DNA of 17,161 nucleotides from Candidatus Sumerlaeia bacterium (GTDB lineage Bacteria; Sumerlaeota; Sumerlaeia; SLMS01): contig JBBQYG010000080.1 of the NCBI GenBank assembly GCA_038208905.1, forward strand, positions 1 to 17,161. The letters run 5' to 3'. The notes under the pieces were generated by a model. The model did no database searches and was not told the origin of the DNA. It was given only the letters and a program-made list of their open reading frames with translations. How positions within the stretch are numbered: the first letter of the stretch is position 1; the number at the start of each line of letters is the position of its first letter. A program made the position numbers and the translations under genes. Positions 9,110 through 17,161 of this stretch are shown piece by piece.

Positions 9110-10522
9110 ATGATGATTTCGGCGAAGTCGATCTGCCTCGCGGTCGCGTTGGCGCTTGTCGGCACTGGGGCATACGCCCAGGGCAATGCTCGCGCCCAGC
9201 GGCTGCGTGAACACGAGCGCCGCATTCAGGACATCATCAAGGAACGCCAGGCGGCGCGCCAGAAGGAACTCGCGGCGCAGCGCGCCGAGGAGGCCAAGGG
9301 CGCGGCCGTGCCGGGCAACACCGTCGAGGAAGCCCCGAAGAAAGAGGAGGGCACCCGCGCCCTCAGCAACGTGGTGATGGGCATCAAGTTCCTCAACGAA
9401 CAGGGCGACTCCTCCTACAATATCATCATCGGCAACGAGACGACCTTCGTCACCGAGGTCTATCTGTTCAACATCGACCAGAACCCCGTTGATCGCGTCC
9501 GCCTCGCGCTCTCCTACGACAAGCGATTCATCGAGCCACTGCGGGTATTCGACACCTCGCTGCGCGCCGCATCTGCAGAGCCACCGATTTTCTCCCGCGA
9601 GGATCGGGAATCCTACCTGCTTTACGACGCGAAGCTGAAGGAACCACTTCGCTCGCCAGAGGTCGTGCTCCTCCGCATCATGTGGCGCGCCCTTCGGCCC
9701 ACGCCCTACACCGGCATCGACTTCGTGTTCTCCGCGCTCGAGCGCGACGAGGATACCCACACTGCGATCTACGCCAAGGGCACCAACATCTTGGGCGTTC
9801 CCGACGATCCCGCAGACGGCGTGCTCTCCGGCGGACTCATGATCGAGGATCCCCGCGACGTTGGCGATAGAGTCCTTCAGGGCAAGGCCGAGGAACTGCG
9901 GGAGATGTATCTGGGCGGCGTCGCTTCCGACACCAAGGTGGGAATGCAATTGGTCCGCGATGCCCAACCGGTCAAGGTTGGCGACCGCTTCGCGGTCAGC
10001 GTCCGGCTAAACAATCCAGAGGGTGCCTTGGTGGACTCGGTCAGCTTCGCCGTGCTCTTCGATCCCAAGGTCCTGCAGGTGTACGATAAGGACGACTTCA
10101 ACGCGATCATCCGCGGGGTGAACGCCCACGATGGGCTGTACCAGCGCAATTTCCCGTGGGACATCCACCGCAAGAACGAGGCGCGCAACGACCGAGGGCT
10201 GATCGAATACTCGATGGCGCTCTCCAACGGCGGTTCGCTGCCGAGCCGCGCCTTCGCCGATATCTACTTCGTCGCCATCGCGCCGGCCGACAAGACCCAG
10301 GTCTCCTTCGTCAAGGGGCGCCCCGGCGCGCCGGACCTCACGTCTATACGTTACTTCGGCTACGAGCGCCTCGAGCTCTCGCCGCCCATGTCCGCTCCCT
10401 CCATCTCGTTCCGCGTGGAGAATGCCCCGGTGGAAGTGGCGACCCGCCCCGTCGAGGAAGCCGTTTCGCCCGTTCGGCGCGCGGACAAGATGGCAGTGAG
10501 GAAGCTCAAGCTGGAGCGGTAG
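9110..10522 (+). CDS. Secreted protein with a charged N-terminal helix and two cohesin-like beta-sandwich domains
   Basis: Signal peptide MMISAKSICLAVALALVGTGAYA-Q. Cohesin-like patterns TTFVTEVYL...VDRVRLALSYDKRFIE...LLRIMWRALRP and VKVGDRFAVSVRL...VDSVSFAVLFDPKVLQV...FADIYFVAIAP. Alternative start ATG 9077 overlaps the upstream stop. Confidence 0.65.
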   Translation: MMISAKSICLAVALALVGTGAYAQGNARAQRLREHERRIQDIIKERQAARQKELAAQRAEEAKGAAVPGNTVEEAPKKEEGTRALSNVVMGIKFLNEQGDSSYNIIIGNETTFVTEVYLFNIDQNPVDRVRLALSYDKRFIEPLRVFDTSLRAASAEPPIFSREDRESYLLYDAKLKEPLRSPEVVLLRIMWRALRPTPYTGIDFVFSALERDEDTHTAIYAKGTNILGVPDDPADGVLSGGLMIEDPRDVGDRVLQGKAEELREMYLGGVASDTKVGMQLVRDAQPVKVGDRFAVSVRLNNPEGALVDSVSFAVLFDPKVLQVYDKDDFNAIIRGVNAHDGLYQRNFPWDIHRKNEARNDRGLIEYSMALSNGGSLPSRAFADIYFVAIAPADKTQVSFVKGRPGAPDLTSIRYFGYERLELSPPMSAPSISFRVENAPVEVATRPVEEAVSPVRRADKMAVRKLKLER

Positions 10523-10671
10523 CGGGTCGGCCTGCTTCCCGATCACGTTAGCACCGGCCCCCCACGCTCCAATCCCCCAGCGTTCCCCACAATCCCGTTG
10601 TGGCGGCCTTCCGGTTGGGTGTCAGTGGCGGCGCTCCCCCCTATGCCCACACCCTCCGGAGAACGTCGTCC

Positions 10672-13600
10672 ATGCCGATACGCGTCGCGCTCAACCATCG
10701 GACCGAATACGTTTACGAGCGGCCCATCATGCTCGGGCCCCAGGTGGTGCGCCTTCGCCCGGCACCCCATTCGCGCACGCCGATCGAGAGCTATTCGCTG
10801 CGCGTCTCGCCCACGGGCCACTTCCTCAACTGGCAGCAGGATCCCTACGGCAACTACCTCGCGCGGCTCGTTTTTCCGGAGAAGGTCACGCACTTCGCCG
10901 TCGAGGTGGACCTGGTCGCGGAAATGCGCGTCGTCAATCCCTTCGATTTCTTCCTGGAGCCCGCCGTCGAGGAATTCCCCTTCTCGTATGACGAATCCTT
11001 CGATCGCGACCTGAAGCCCTTCCGCGAGTTGCAGGAGTCCGGCGATCTCCTCAAGAAGTACCTCACCACAGTCGACCGCAAGAAGCAGCGCACCATCGAC
11101 TTCCTCGTGGCCGTGAACCAGTCCATCCAGCGCGACGTGAACTACGTGATCCGCATGGAGCCTGGCGTGCAGACGTGCGAGGAGACGCTTGGCTCCGGGA
11201 AGGGATCGTGCCGCGACTCCGCGTGGCTGTTGGTGCAGGTGCTCAGGCATCTTGGATTTGCGACGCGCTTCGTCTCCGGCTACCTGCTCCAGCTCAAGCC
11301 AGATGAGAGGTCCCTCGATGGGCCTTCGGGAACCGAGGTTGACTTCACCGATCTGCACGCGTGGACGGAAGTTTACCTTCCCGGCGCCGGTTGGATCGGG
11401 CTCGATCCCACGTCGGGGCTGATGGCGGGCGAGGGGCACATCCCCCTCGCCTGCACGCCCGATCCGCCAAGCGCCGCTCCGATCAGCGGATTGCTGGAGG
11501 ACTGCGAGTCGGATTTCTCCTTCAGCATGACGGTGATGCGCGTTCACGAAGACCCGCGCGTGACCAAGCCCTTCTCCGACGAGGAGTGGGCCGCCATCGA
11601 CGCGCTCGGCGACCGTATAGACGCGGAGCTTCTGGCCGGCGACGTCCGCCTGACGATGGGCGGAGAGCCGACCTTCGTCTCCATCGATGACATGGAGGGC
11701 GCCGAGTGGAACACCGAGGCACTTGGCGACGCCAAGCGGCGCCTTGGCGGGAATCTGTTTCGTCGGCTGCGAAACCGCTTCGCGCAGGGCGCGCTGCTGC
11801 ACTTCGGCCAAGGAAAGTGGTATCCCGGCGAGCCCCTGCCGCGGTGGGCGTTCTCCTGCTTTTGGCGCAACGACGGCGAGCCGATGTGGCACAATCCCGC
11901 GCTGATCGCCGACGACCGCACCGACTATGGCATGACCGAGGACGACGCGAAAGCCATGATCCACGGAATCGCCGCGCGCCTTGGCGTCGATGCCGGGAAT
12001 GCACAGCCCGGCTTCGAGGACGCCTTCTACTACATGTGGAAGGAGCGCCGCCTTCCCACCAACGTCGATCCCTTCGACTCCAAGCTGGAGAACGAGGAAG
12101 ACCGCAAGCGCCTCGCGGAGGTCTTCGAGCAGGGACTCGACAAGGTCGTCGGCTACGCGCTGCCGCTCTCCAAGGGCCGGTTCGGATTCGGCCCCGAATG
12201 GATCAGCGGCCCGTGGTTCTTCCGGCCCGAGCGCATGTACCTCGCCCCCGGCGACTCGCCGATGGGCTTCCGCCTCCCGCTGGACTCGCTGCCCTGGGCG
12301 GACTCCGAGGAAATCTTCCCGGTCGAGAATCTGGACCCCACCGCGCCGCGCCGCGCTCTGCCTACGCGTTCTGCCATTCGCGAGAGCGCCAGGCAGCGCA
12401 CCTTTGTCGAGTATCGCCTCGACCACGACCGCGGCCCTGCGGGGCAGCACCGGACACGCCAGCGGCTTCCCGATCCCCCTTCTGGCGCTCGCGATATCGC
12501 GGTGGGGGAGAGCGCGTCGTCGCTCGTCCGCACGGCGCTGTGTGTCGAGGCGCGCGGCGGCCGCCTGCACGTCTTCTTTCCGCCCGTGCGCATGCTGGAG
12601 GATTATCTGGAGATCGTGGCCGCGGTGGAGGACACCGCGGCGGAACTCCAGACCCCCGTCCAGATCGAGGGCTACACGCCCCCCAACGATTACCGTCTCA
12701 ATGTGATCAAGGTGACGCCAGACCCCGGCGTGATCGAAGTGAACACCCACCCGGCATCCACCTGGCGCGAGCTGGTGGACGCGACGACGGGGCTCTACGA
12801 GGAGGCGCGGGTTTCGCGCCTGGGCACCGAGAAGTACCAGCTCGACGGGCGCCACACCGGTACCGGCGGCGGCAACCACGTGGTGCTCGGCGGGCCGACG
12901 CCGATGGACAGCCCATTCCTGCGCCGCCCGGATCTTCTCAAGAGCCTCGTGTCCTACTGGCACAACCACCCGTCGCTTTCGTATCTGTTCTCCGGCCTGT
13001 TCGTTGGCCCAACGAGCCAGGCCCCCCGCGTGGACGAGGCGCGCAACGACTCGGTGTACGAGCTGGAGATCGCCTTCAAGCAGATACGCGACGGCGCGTC
13101 TCCGCCGCCCTGGTTCACGGACCGCGTTCTTCGAAACCTGCTGGTTGACTTGACCGGCAACACGCACCGGTCGGAGTTCTGCATCGACAAGCTCTACTCG
13201 CCCGACAGCAGCACGGGGCGCCTTGGTCTCGTGGAATTCCGCGCCTTCGAGATGCCGCCCCACGCGCGCATGAGCCTGGCCCAGCAACTTCTCCTCCGCG
13301 CGCTGACAGCCCGCTTCTGGCGCGAGCCCTATCGCGAGTCCCTCGTCCGCTGGGGCACCGAACTACACGACCGCTACATGCTGCCGCATTTCATCTGGCA
13401 GGACTTCGGCGATGTGATGACGAGCCTGCGTTCCAGTGGCTACGAATTCAACCGCGACTGGTATGCCTCCTTCCTGGAGTTTCGGTTTCCGCGGATCGGG
13501 GACACCCAGTACCGCGAGCTGAAGGTGGAGCTTCGCCAGGCCGTGGAGCCGTGGCTCGTCCTTGGCGAGGAAGCCACCGCCGGTGGAACGGCGCGCTATG

Positions 13601-14022
13601 TGGATTCCAGCGTGGAGCGCCTTCAGGTGAAGGTCACCGGCCTTGTAAGCCCCCGCTATGCGCTCCTCTGCCACGGGCGGCACATCCCGCTCCAAAACAC
13701 GGGCACAGTGGGCGAGTACGTCGCCGGAATCCGCTATCGCGCGTGGCAGCCGCCGTCTTGCCTCCACCCCAGCATCGGCGTTCATTCGCCGATCGTGTTG
13801 GACATCCTGGACACGTGGAACCGCCGCATCGTGGGTGGCTGCACCTACCACGTGGTGCATCCCGGCGGGCGCGGATACGACGTGTTCCCGGTGAACGCGC
13901 TGGAGGCGGAATCGCGTCGCGCGACGCGATTCGTCCCCTATGGCCACACGCCTGGTCCGATGGCTCCGCCGCCGCGGGAAATCAATCCCGAATTCCCCTT
14001 TACGCTGGACCTCCGTCACTGA
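10672..14022 (+). CDS. Transglutaminase-like (Bact_transglu_N + core) fused to DUF2126 putative amidoligase (Rv2566-like)
   Basis: N-terminus IRVALNHRTEYVYERPIMLGPQVVRLRPAPH...QDPYGN. Catalytic triad motifs GSCRDSAWL, DLHAWTEVYLPGAGWIGLDPT. DUF2126 motifs LTMGGEPTFVS, TPDPGVIEVN, GTGGGNHV, HRSEFCIDKL, GRLGLVEFRAFEMPPH, YRAWQPPSCLHP. GGAGA precedes ATG 10672. Confidence 0.92.
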   Translation: MPIRVALNHRTEYVYERPIMLGPQVVRLRPAPHSRTPIESYSLRVSPTGHFLNWQQDPYGNYLARLVFPEKVTHFAVEVDLVAEMRVVNPFDFFLEPAVEEFPFSYDESFDRDLKPFRELQESGDLLKKYLTTVDRKKQRTIDFLVAVNQSIQRDVNYVIRMEPGVQTCEETLGSGKGSCRDSAWLLVQVLRHLGFATRFVSGYLLQLKPDERSLDGPSGTEVDFTDLHAWTEVYLPGAGWIGLDPTSGLMAGEGHIPLACTPDPPSAAPISGLLEDCESDFSFSMTVMRVHEDPRVTKPFSDEEWAAIDALGDRIDAELLAGDVRLTMGGEPTFVSIDDMEGAEWNTEALGDAKRRLGGNLFRRLRNRFAQGALLHFGQGKWYPGEPLPRWAFSCFWRNDGEPMWHNPALIADDRTDYGMTEDDAKAMIHGIAARLGVDAGNAQPGFEDAFYYMWKERRLPTNVDPFDSKLENEEDRKRLAEVFEQGLDKVVGYALPLSKGRFGFGPEWISGPWFFRPERMYLAPGDSPMGFRLPLDSLPWADSEEIFPVENLDPTAPRRALPTRSAIRESARQRTFVEYRLDHDRGPAGQHRTRQRLPDPPSGARDIAVGESASSLVRTALCVEARGGRLHVFFPPVRMLEDYLEIVAAVEDTAAELQTPVQIEGYTPPNDYRLNVIKVTPDPGVIEVNTHPASTWRELVDATTGLYEEARVSRLGTEKYQLDGRHTGTGGGNHVVLGGPTPMDSPFLRRPDLLKSLVSYWHNHPSLSYLFSGLFVGPTSQAPRVDEARNDSVYELEIAFKQIRDGASPPPWFTDRVLRNLLVDLTGNTHRSEFCIDKLYSPDSSTGRLGLVEFRAFEMPPHARMSLAQQLLLRALTARFWREPYRESLVRWGTELHDRYMLPHFIWQDFGDVMTSLRSSGYEFNRDWYASFLEFRFPRIGDTQYRELKVELRQAVEPWLVLGEEATAGGTARYVDSSVERLQVKVTGLVSPRYALLCHGRHIPLQNTGTVGEYVAGIRYRAWQPPSCLHPSIGVHSPIVLDILDTWNRRIVGGCTYHVVHPGGRGYDVFPVNALEAESRRATRFVPYGHTPGPMAPPPREINPEFPFTLDLRH

Positions 14023-14026
14023 CGCA

Positions 14027-16603
14027 ATGCGGCGCATGGAAAGCCCTGCGCCGCCGCCCGTATCCGCCTCCGCAAATTCCCTCGTCGAGGGATATGCCCC
14101 GGAGTCCGGCGGGTGGGACGAGATGATTCTCGAGCCCGGCGCCATGCGCGGGCATTGGGAACACTACATGAAGTCCTTTGCCCGGCTCGGCCAGCCGGAG
14201 GTGGCACGCCGCTGGGATCAGGCGTCGCGACTCCTGAAGCACGGTAGCTCCATCTACCAGGTTTTCGTCAACCAGCCCACGGGCCACACACGCTGGGAAC
14301 TCGGGCCCGTGCCGCACCTGATCTCACCGGATGATTGGGCACAAATAGAGGCTGCGGTGACCCAGCGCGCCCGCCTGATGAACGCGATTCTCGGCGACCT
14401 CTATGGTCAGCAACTCCTCGTTCGGGAGGCGCTTATTCCGCCGGAGCTCGTGTACTCCAATCCCGGTTTCCTAAGGCCGTGCCACGGGCTTAGGCCGCCG
14501 GGTGACACCTACCTCCACATTTACGGCGCCGACATCGCGCGCGCTCCCGACGGGCGCTGGTCGTTCCTTTCCGACCACACTCAGGCTCCCGCGGGGATGG
14601 GCTTTGCGATGGAGAACCGCACGATCCTTTCCCGCACGTTCCCGGAGATTTTCGACAGCACCCGCGTTCGCAGGCTCGTCGCGTTCTTTCAGGCGCTGCG
14701 CGCCACGCTTCGCCAGCTCGCGCCCTTCAATCGCGACAATCCGCTCATCGTGCTGCTCTCGCCCGGCCCAACGGTCGAGACCTTCTTCGAGCATACCTAC
14801 CTCGCGCGCCACCTCGGCTATCCGCTCGTCGAGGGAGCGGACCTCACCGTGCGCGACAACTGTGTCTATCTCAAGACGCTGGCTGGGCTGAGGCGCGTGG
14901 ACGTCATCCTGCGGCGCGTGGACGACCGCATGTGCGACCCGCTGGAATTGCGCTACGACTCCAACGTCGGGGTGCCGGGACTCGTCCAGGCCATCCGCGC
15001 GGGGAACGTCGCCGTGGTGAACTCACTCGGCTCCGGCATCGCCTCCAGCCCGGGCCTGGTGCCGTTCCTCCCTGCGCTTTGCCGCCAATTGCTCGACGAG
15101 GAGCTGCGGCTTCCCTCCGTCAATACCTGGTGGTGCGGAGAGCCCGCGCCCCTCAAGCACGTTCTCCAGAACCTCGATAAGCTGGTCGTGCGCCGCGCCT
15201 ACGCCAAGATCCGCGAGGACATCTACTGCGGCTGGAAGATGTCCGGCGAGGAGCGCGAAAAGCTGGCGGCGGAAATCCTCGAGCGCTCGAACGAGTACGT
15301 CGGGCAGGACCGAATCGACTTCTCCACGACGCCATCGTGGGAGCGCGGTCGCCTGACGCCGCGCCACATGGTGCTCCGCGTCTATGCGGTCGCCACGGAG
15401 AACGGATATACAGTGATGCCCGGCGGGCTGACGCGCGTCGCCGATTCCGTGGACGAACTCGCCATCGGCAGCGCGCGCATCGCGCGAAGCAAGGACTGCT
15501 GGGTTCTTTCCAAGGGGAAGGTCGAGAAGACCGGCCTGGCCCAGCAGGCGATGCCGCTGATCGCGCTGAGCCGCAAGACCTTCGACCAGCCGAGCCGCGT
15601 GGCCGACAATATGTTCTGGATGGGCCGCTACGTGGAACGCGCGGAGTGCGGCGTCCGCATGTTGCGCAATGTCCTCAGCCGCCTCACCGCGGAGCGCGGT
15701 CGCGAGTTGATCCCGGAACTCCCCACGCTCCTGCGGGGGCTCGAGGGAATGTACCTGATCGACACCGCCTCCATCGACGTCGATGCGGAGCGCGCCGATC
15801 CCGAGCTGGACAAGATGCTGCTCGGCGTGCTCTTCGACCAGGACAACCGCGCCAGCCTATGCTCCGCGATGCGCGCCCTTCAGCGCACGTCGCTCATGGT
15901 TTACGACCGCATCTCCGTGGACATGTGGAAGATCCTCCATCGCCTCAACGAGGAGTTCCCCGAGACCGCGCCCGGCGGCAACGTCACGATGCTGGATGCC
16001 TACGAACTGACGGACCGCCTCGTGCTCACGCTGTCGGCCTTCAGCGGCCTCGCGATGGAGAGCATGACGCGCGGCCATAGCTGGCGCTTCCTCGACATCG
16101 GGCGCCGCCTCGAGCGCGCGTTGTTCCTGATCGAGTTGCTCCGCTCCACGGTGCCGCGTCTCCGCGACCAGGAGACCGCCGCGCTGCAGTCGCTGCTCGA
16201 GGTGGCCGACAGCTCCATGACCTACCGCTCGCGCTACCTGTCGCTCCTGCAAGTCGCGCCATTCATCGACCTGCTCCTGATGGACGAGTCGAACCCGCGT
16301 TCCGTCGCCTTCCAGCTTTCGCTCCTATCCGATCATCTCGCCGCGCTGCCCGCGGAGATCACGCCGAGCCCCCGCGCGCCAACGCGAAGCGCGATCGACT
16401 CGATGCTCACGGCGCTGCGCATCGCCGACGCCGACATGCTGTGCGAGATGGGCGCCGATGGCGTCCGTTCGCGCCTCGAAGCGATGCTCACCGACATGGC
16501 GGATCGCCTCCCCAATTTCTCGGAGAAGCTCGCCGAAGGATACTTCAGCCACACCGATCTCGTCCGCAACATTGGCGAGCCCCCGCCGGAGCCCGCCAAC
16601 TGA
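14027..16603 (+). CDS. Circularly permuted type 2 ATP-grasp + alpha-E domain fusion (Rv2567-like)
   Basis: WDEM...RGHW, QRARLMNAILGDLYG, VLLSPGP...FEHTYLARHLGYPLVEGADL, VDVILRRVDD...DPLELR, VMPGGLTRV, SKDCWV. Alpha-E ER motifs MFWMGRYVERAE and IGRRLERA, and NPRSVAFQL. Start 14027 or 14036, just after the upstream stop at 14022. Confidence 0.9.
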   Translation: MRRMESPAPPPVSASANSLVEGYAPESGGWDEMILEPGAMRGHWEHYMKSFARLGQPEVARRWDQASRLLKHGSSIYQVFVNQPTGHTRWELGPVPHLISPDDWAQIEAAVTQRARLMNAILGDLYGQQLLVREALIPPELVYSNPGFLRPCHGLRPPGDTYLHIYGADIARAPDGRWSFLSDHTQAPAGMGFAMENRTILSRTFPEIFDSTRVRRLVAFFQALRATLRQLAPFNRDNPLIVLLSPGPTVETFFEHTYLARHLGYPLVEGADLTVRDNCVYLKTLAGLRRVDVILRRVDDRMCDPLELRYDSNVGVPGLVQAIRAGNVAVVNSLGSGIASSPGLVPFLPALCRQLLDEELRLPSVNTWWCGEPAPLKHVLQNLDKLVVRRAYAKIREDIYCGWKMSGEEREKLAAEILERSNEYVGQDRIDFSTTPSWERGRLTPRHMVLRVYAVATENGYTVMPGGLTRVADSVDELAIGSARIARSKDCWVLSKGKVEKTGLAQQAMPLIALSRKTFDQPSRVADNMFWMGRYVERAECGVRMLRNVLSRLTAERGRELIPELPTLLRGLEGMYLIDTASIDVDAERADPELDKMLLGVLFDQDNRASLCSAMRALQRTSLMVYDRISVDMWKILHRLNEEFPETAPGGNVTMLDAYELTDRLVLTLSAFSGLAMESMTRGHSWRFLDIGRRLERALFLIELLRSTVPRLRDQETAALQSLLEVADSSMTYRSRYLSLLQVAPFIDLLLMDESNPRSVAFQLSLLSDHLAALPAEITPSPRAPTRSAIDSMLTALRIADADMLCEMGADGVRSRLEAMLTDMADRLPNFSEKLAEGYFSHTDLVRNIGEPPPEPAN

Positions 16604-17161
16604 GATTCCGTGTCCGCCACAGCACCACCTTCGGATACTCGTCGTCCGTTTCGCTCTGCCACAACCGCGCGAACCTGACGCCGCGCGACCATGCGATTCA
16701 GTTCTGCCGCAGCAGCGTCTTCCGCATCGTTCCCGAGCCTGCGATCATCAGGCACAGCCGCGACTTCTTCGGCAACAAGACCACCTTCTTCACCGTCCAG
16801 GCCAAGCACCAGGACATGTCCATCGAGGTGGAGAGCATCGTCGATGTCTCCACCAAGAAGTATCCCACCGCCGAGGTGACGCTCCCGTGGGAGATGGTGC
16901 GAGAGGCCATGCGCTGGGACCTGTCGCCCGCTGCCTTGGAGGCCATCGAATTCACCTTCGACTCCGTGCATATACGCCGGAGCACGGAACTCGCCACCTA
17001 TGCCGAGACCTCGTTCCCGCCGGGCCGCAGGCTTCTGGAGGCTGTGCTCGACCTGACACGCCGCATCCACGAGGATTTCAAGTACTCGCCCGCGACCACC
17101 ACGATTTCCACCACGCTCCCCGAGGTCATGCGGATGCGCAAGGGCGTCTGTCAGGACTTCG
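16600..17161 (+). CDS. Transglutaminase family protein (Bact_transglu_N + core, Rv2569c-like), truncated by the window end; probable CTG start
   Basis: Hand-translated open frame from 16600: (M)RFRVRHSTTFGYSSSVSLCHNRANLTPR...RDFFGN...SFPPGRRLLEAVLDLTRRIHEDFKY...RKGVCQDF, ending at the catalytic Cys motif. Absent from the ORF track, probably because it has no stop within the window. Confidence 0.9.
   Translation, partial: MRFRVRHSTTFGYSSSVSLCHNRANLTPRDHAIQFCRSSVFRIVPEPAIIRHSRDFFGNKTTFFTVQAKHQDMSIEVESIVDVSTKKYPTAEVTLPWEMVREAMRWDLSPAALEAIEFTFDSVHIRRSTELATYAETSFPPGRRLLEAVLDLTRRIHEDFKYSPATTTISTTLPEVMRMRKGVCQDF

Noticed and set aside
10523..10671. Sigma-54 (nitrogen-regulated) promoter for the amidoligase operon
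   Set aside because: None of the TGGC sites has a GC at the required -12 spacing.
10543..13287. 914-aa minus-strand ORF
   Set aside because: Antisense to the conserved DUF2126 gene; GC-rich codon bias suppresses stops; no motifs.
16333..17070. 245-aa minus-strand ORF and 16691..16879 plus-strand ORF
   Set aside because: Both overlap the transglutaminase frame starting at 16600, which carries clear family motifs.

Overview
GC-rich bacterial chromosomal window with no rRNA, tRNA, CRISPR array or mobile element recognisable by eye. Gene order: DPM1-like GT2 glycosyltransferase (+), then a 95-bp convergent gap holding four co-oriented DnaA boxes around a bidirectional hairpin, then a membrane-anchored TPR/SNAP-repeat Ser/Thr kinase (-). 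A + strand run follows: dut, an AsmA-like protein with an internal duplication, pilT, twin related hairpins, a stand-alone MshEN/T2SSE_N protein with C-terminal TM helices and no ATPase, an FN3-like lipoprotein, and a secreted tandem cohesin-like protein. The window ends in a three-gene predicted peptide-ligation/protein-tagging operon: transglutaminase + DUF2126 amidoligase; a circularly permuted ATP-grasp (catalytic motifs degenerate) + alpha-E fusion; and a second transglutaminase that runs off the window, is absent from the ORF track and appears to start at a CTG overlapping the upstream TGA. All family calls come from motif recognition, not database searches.
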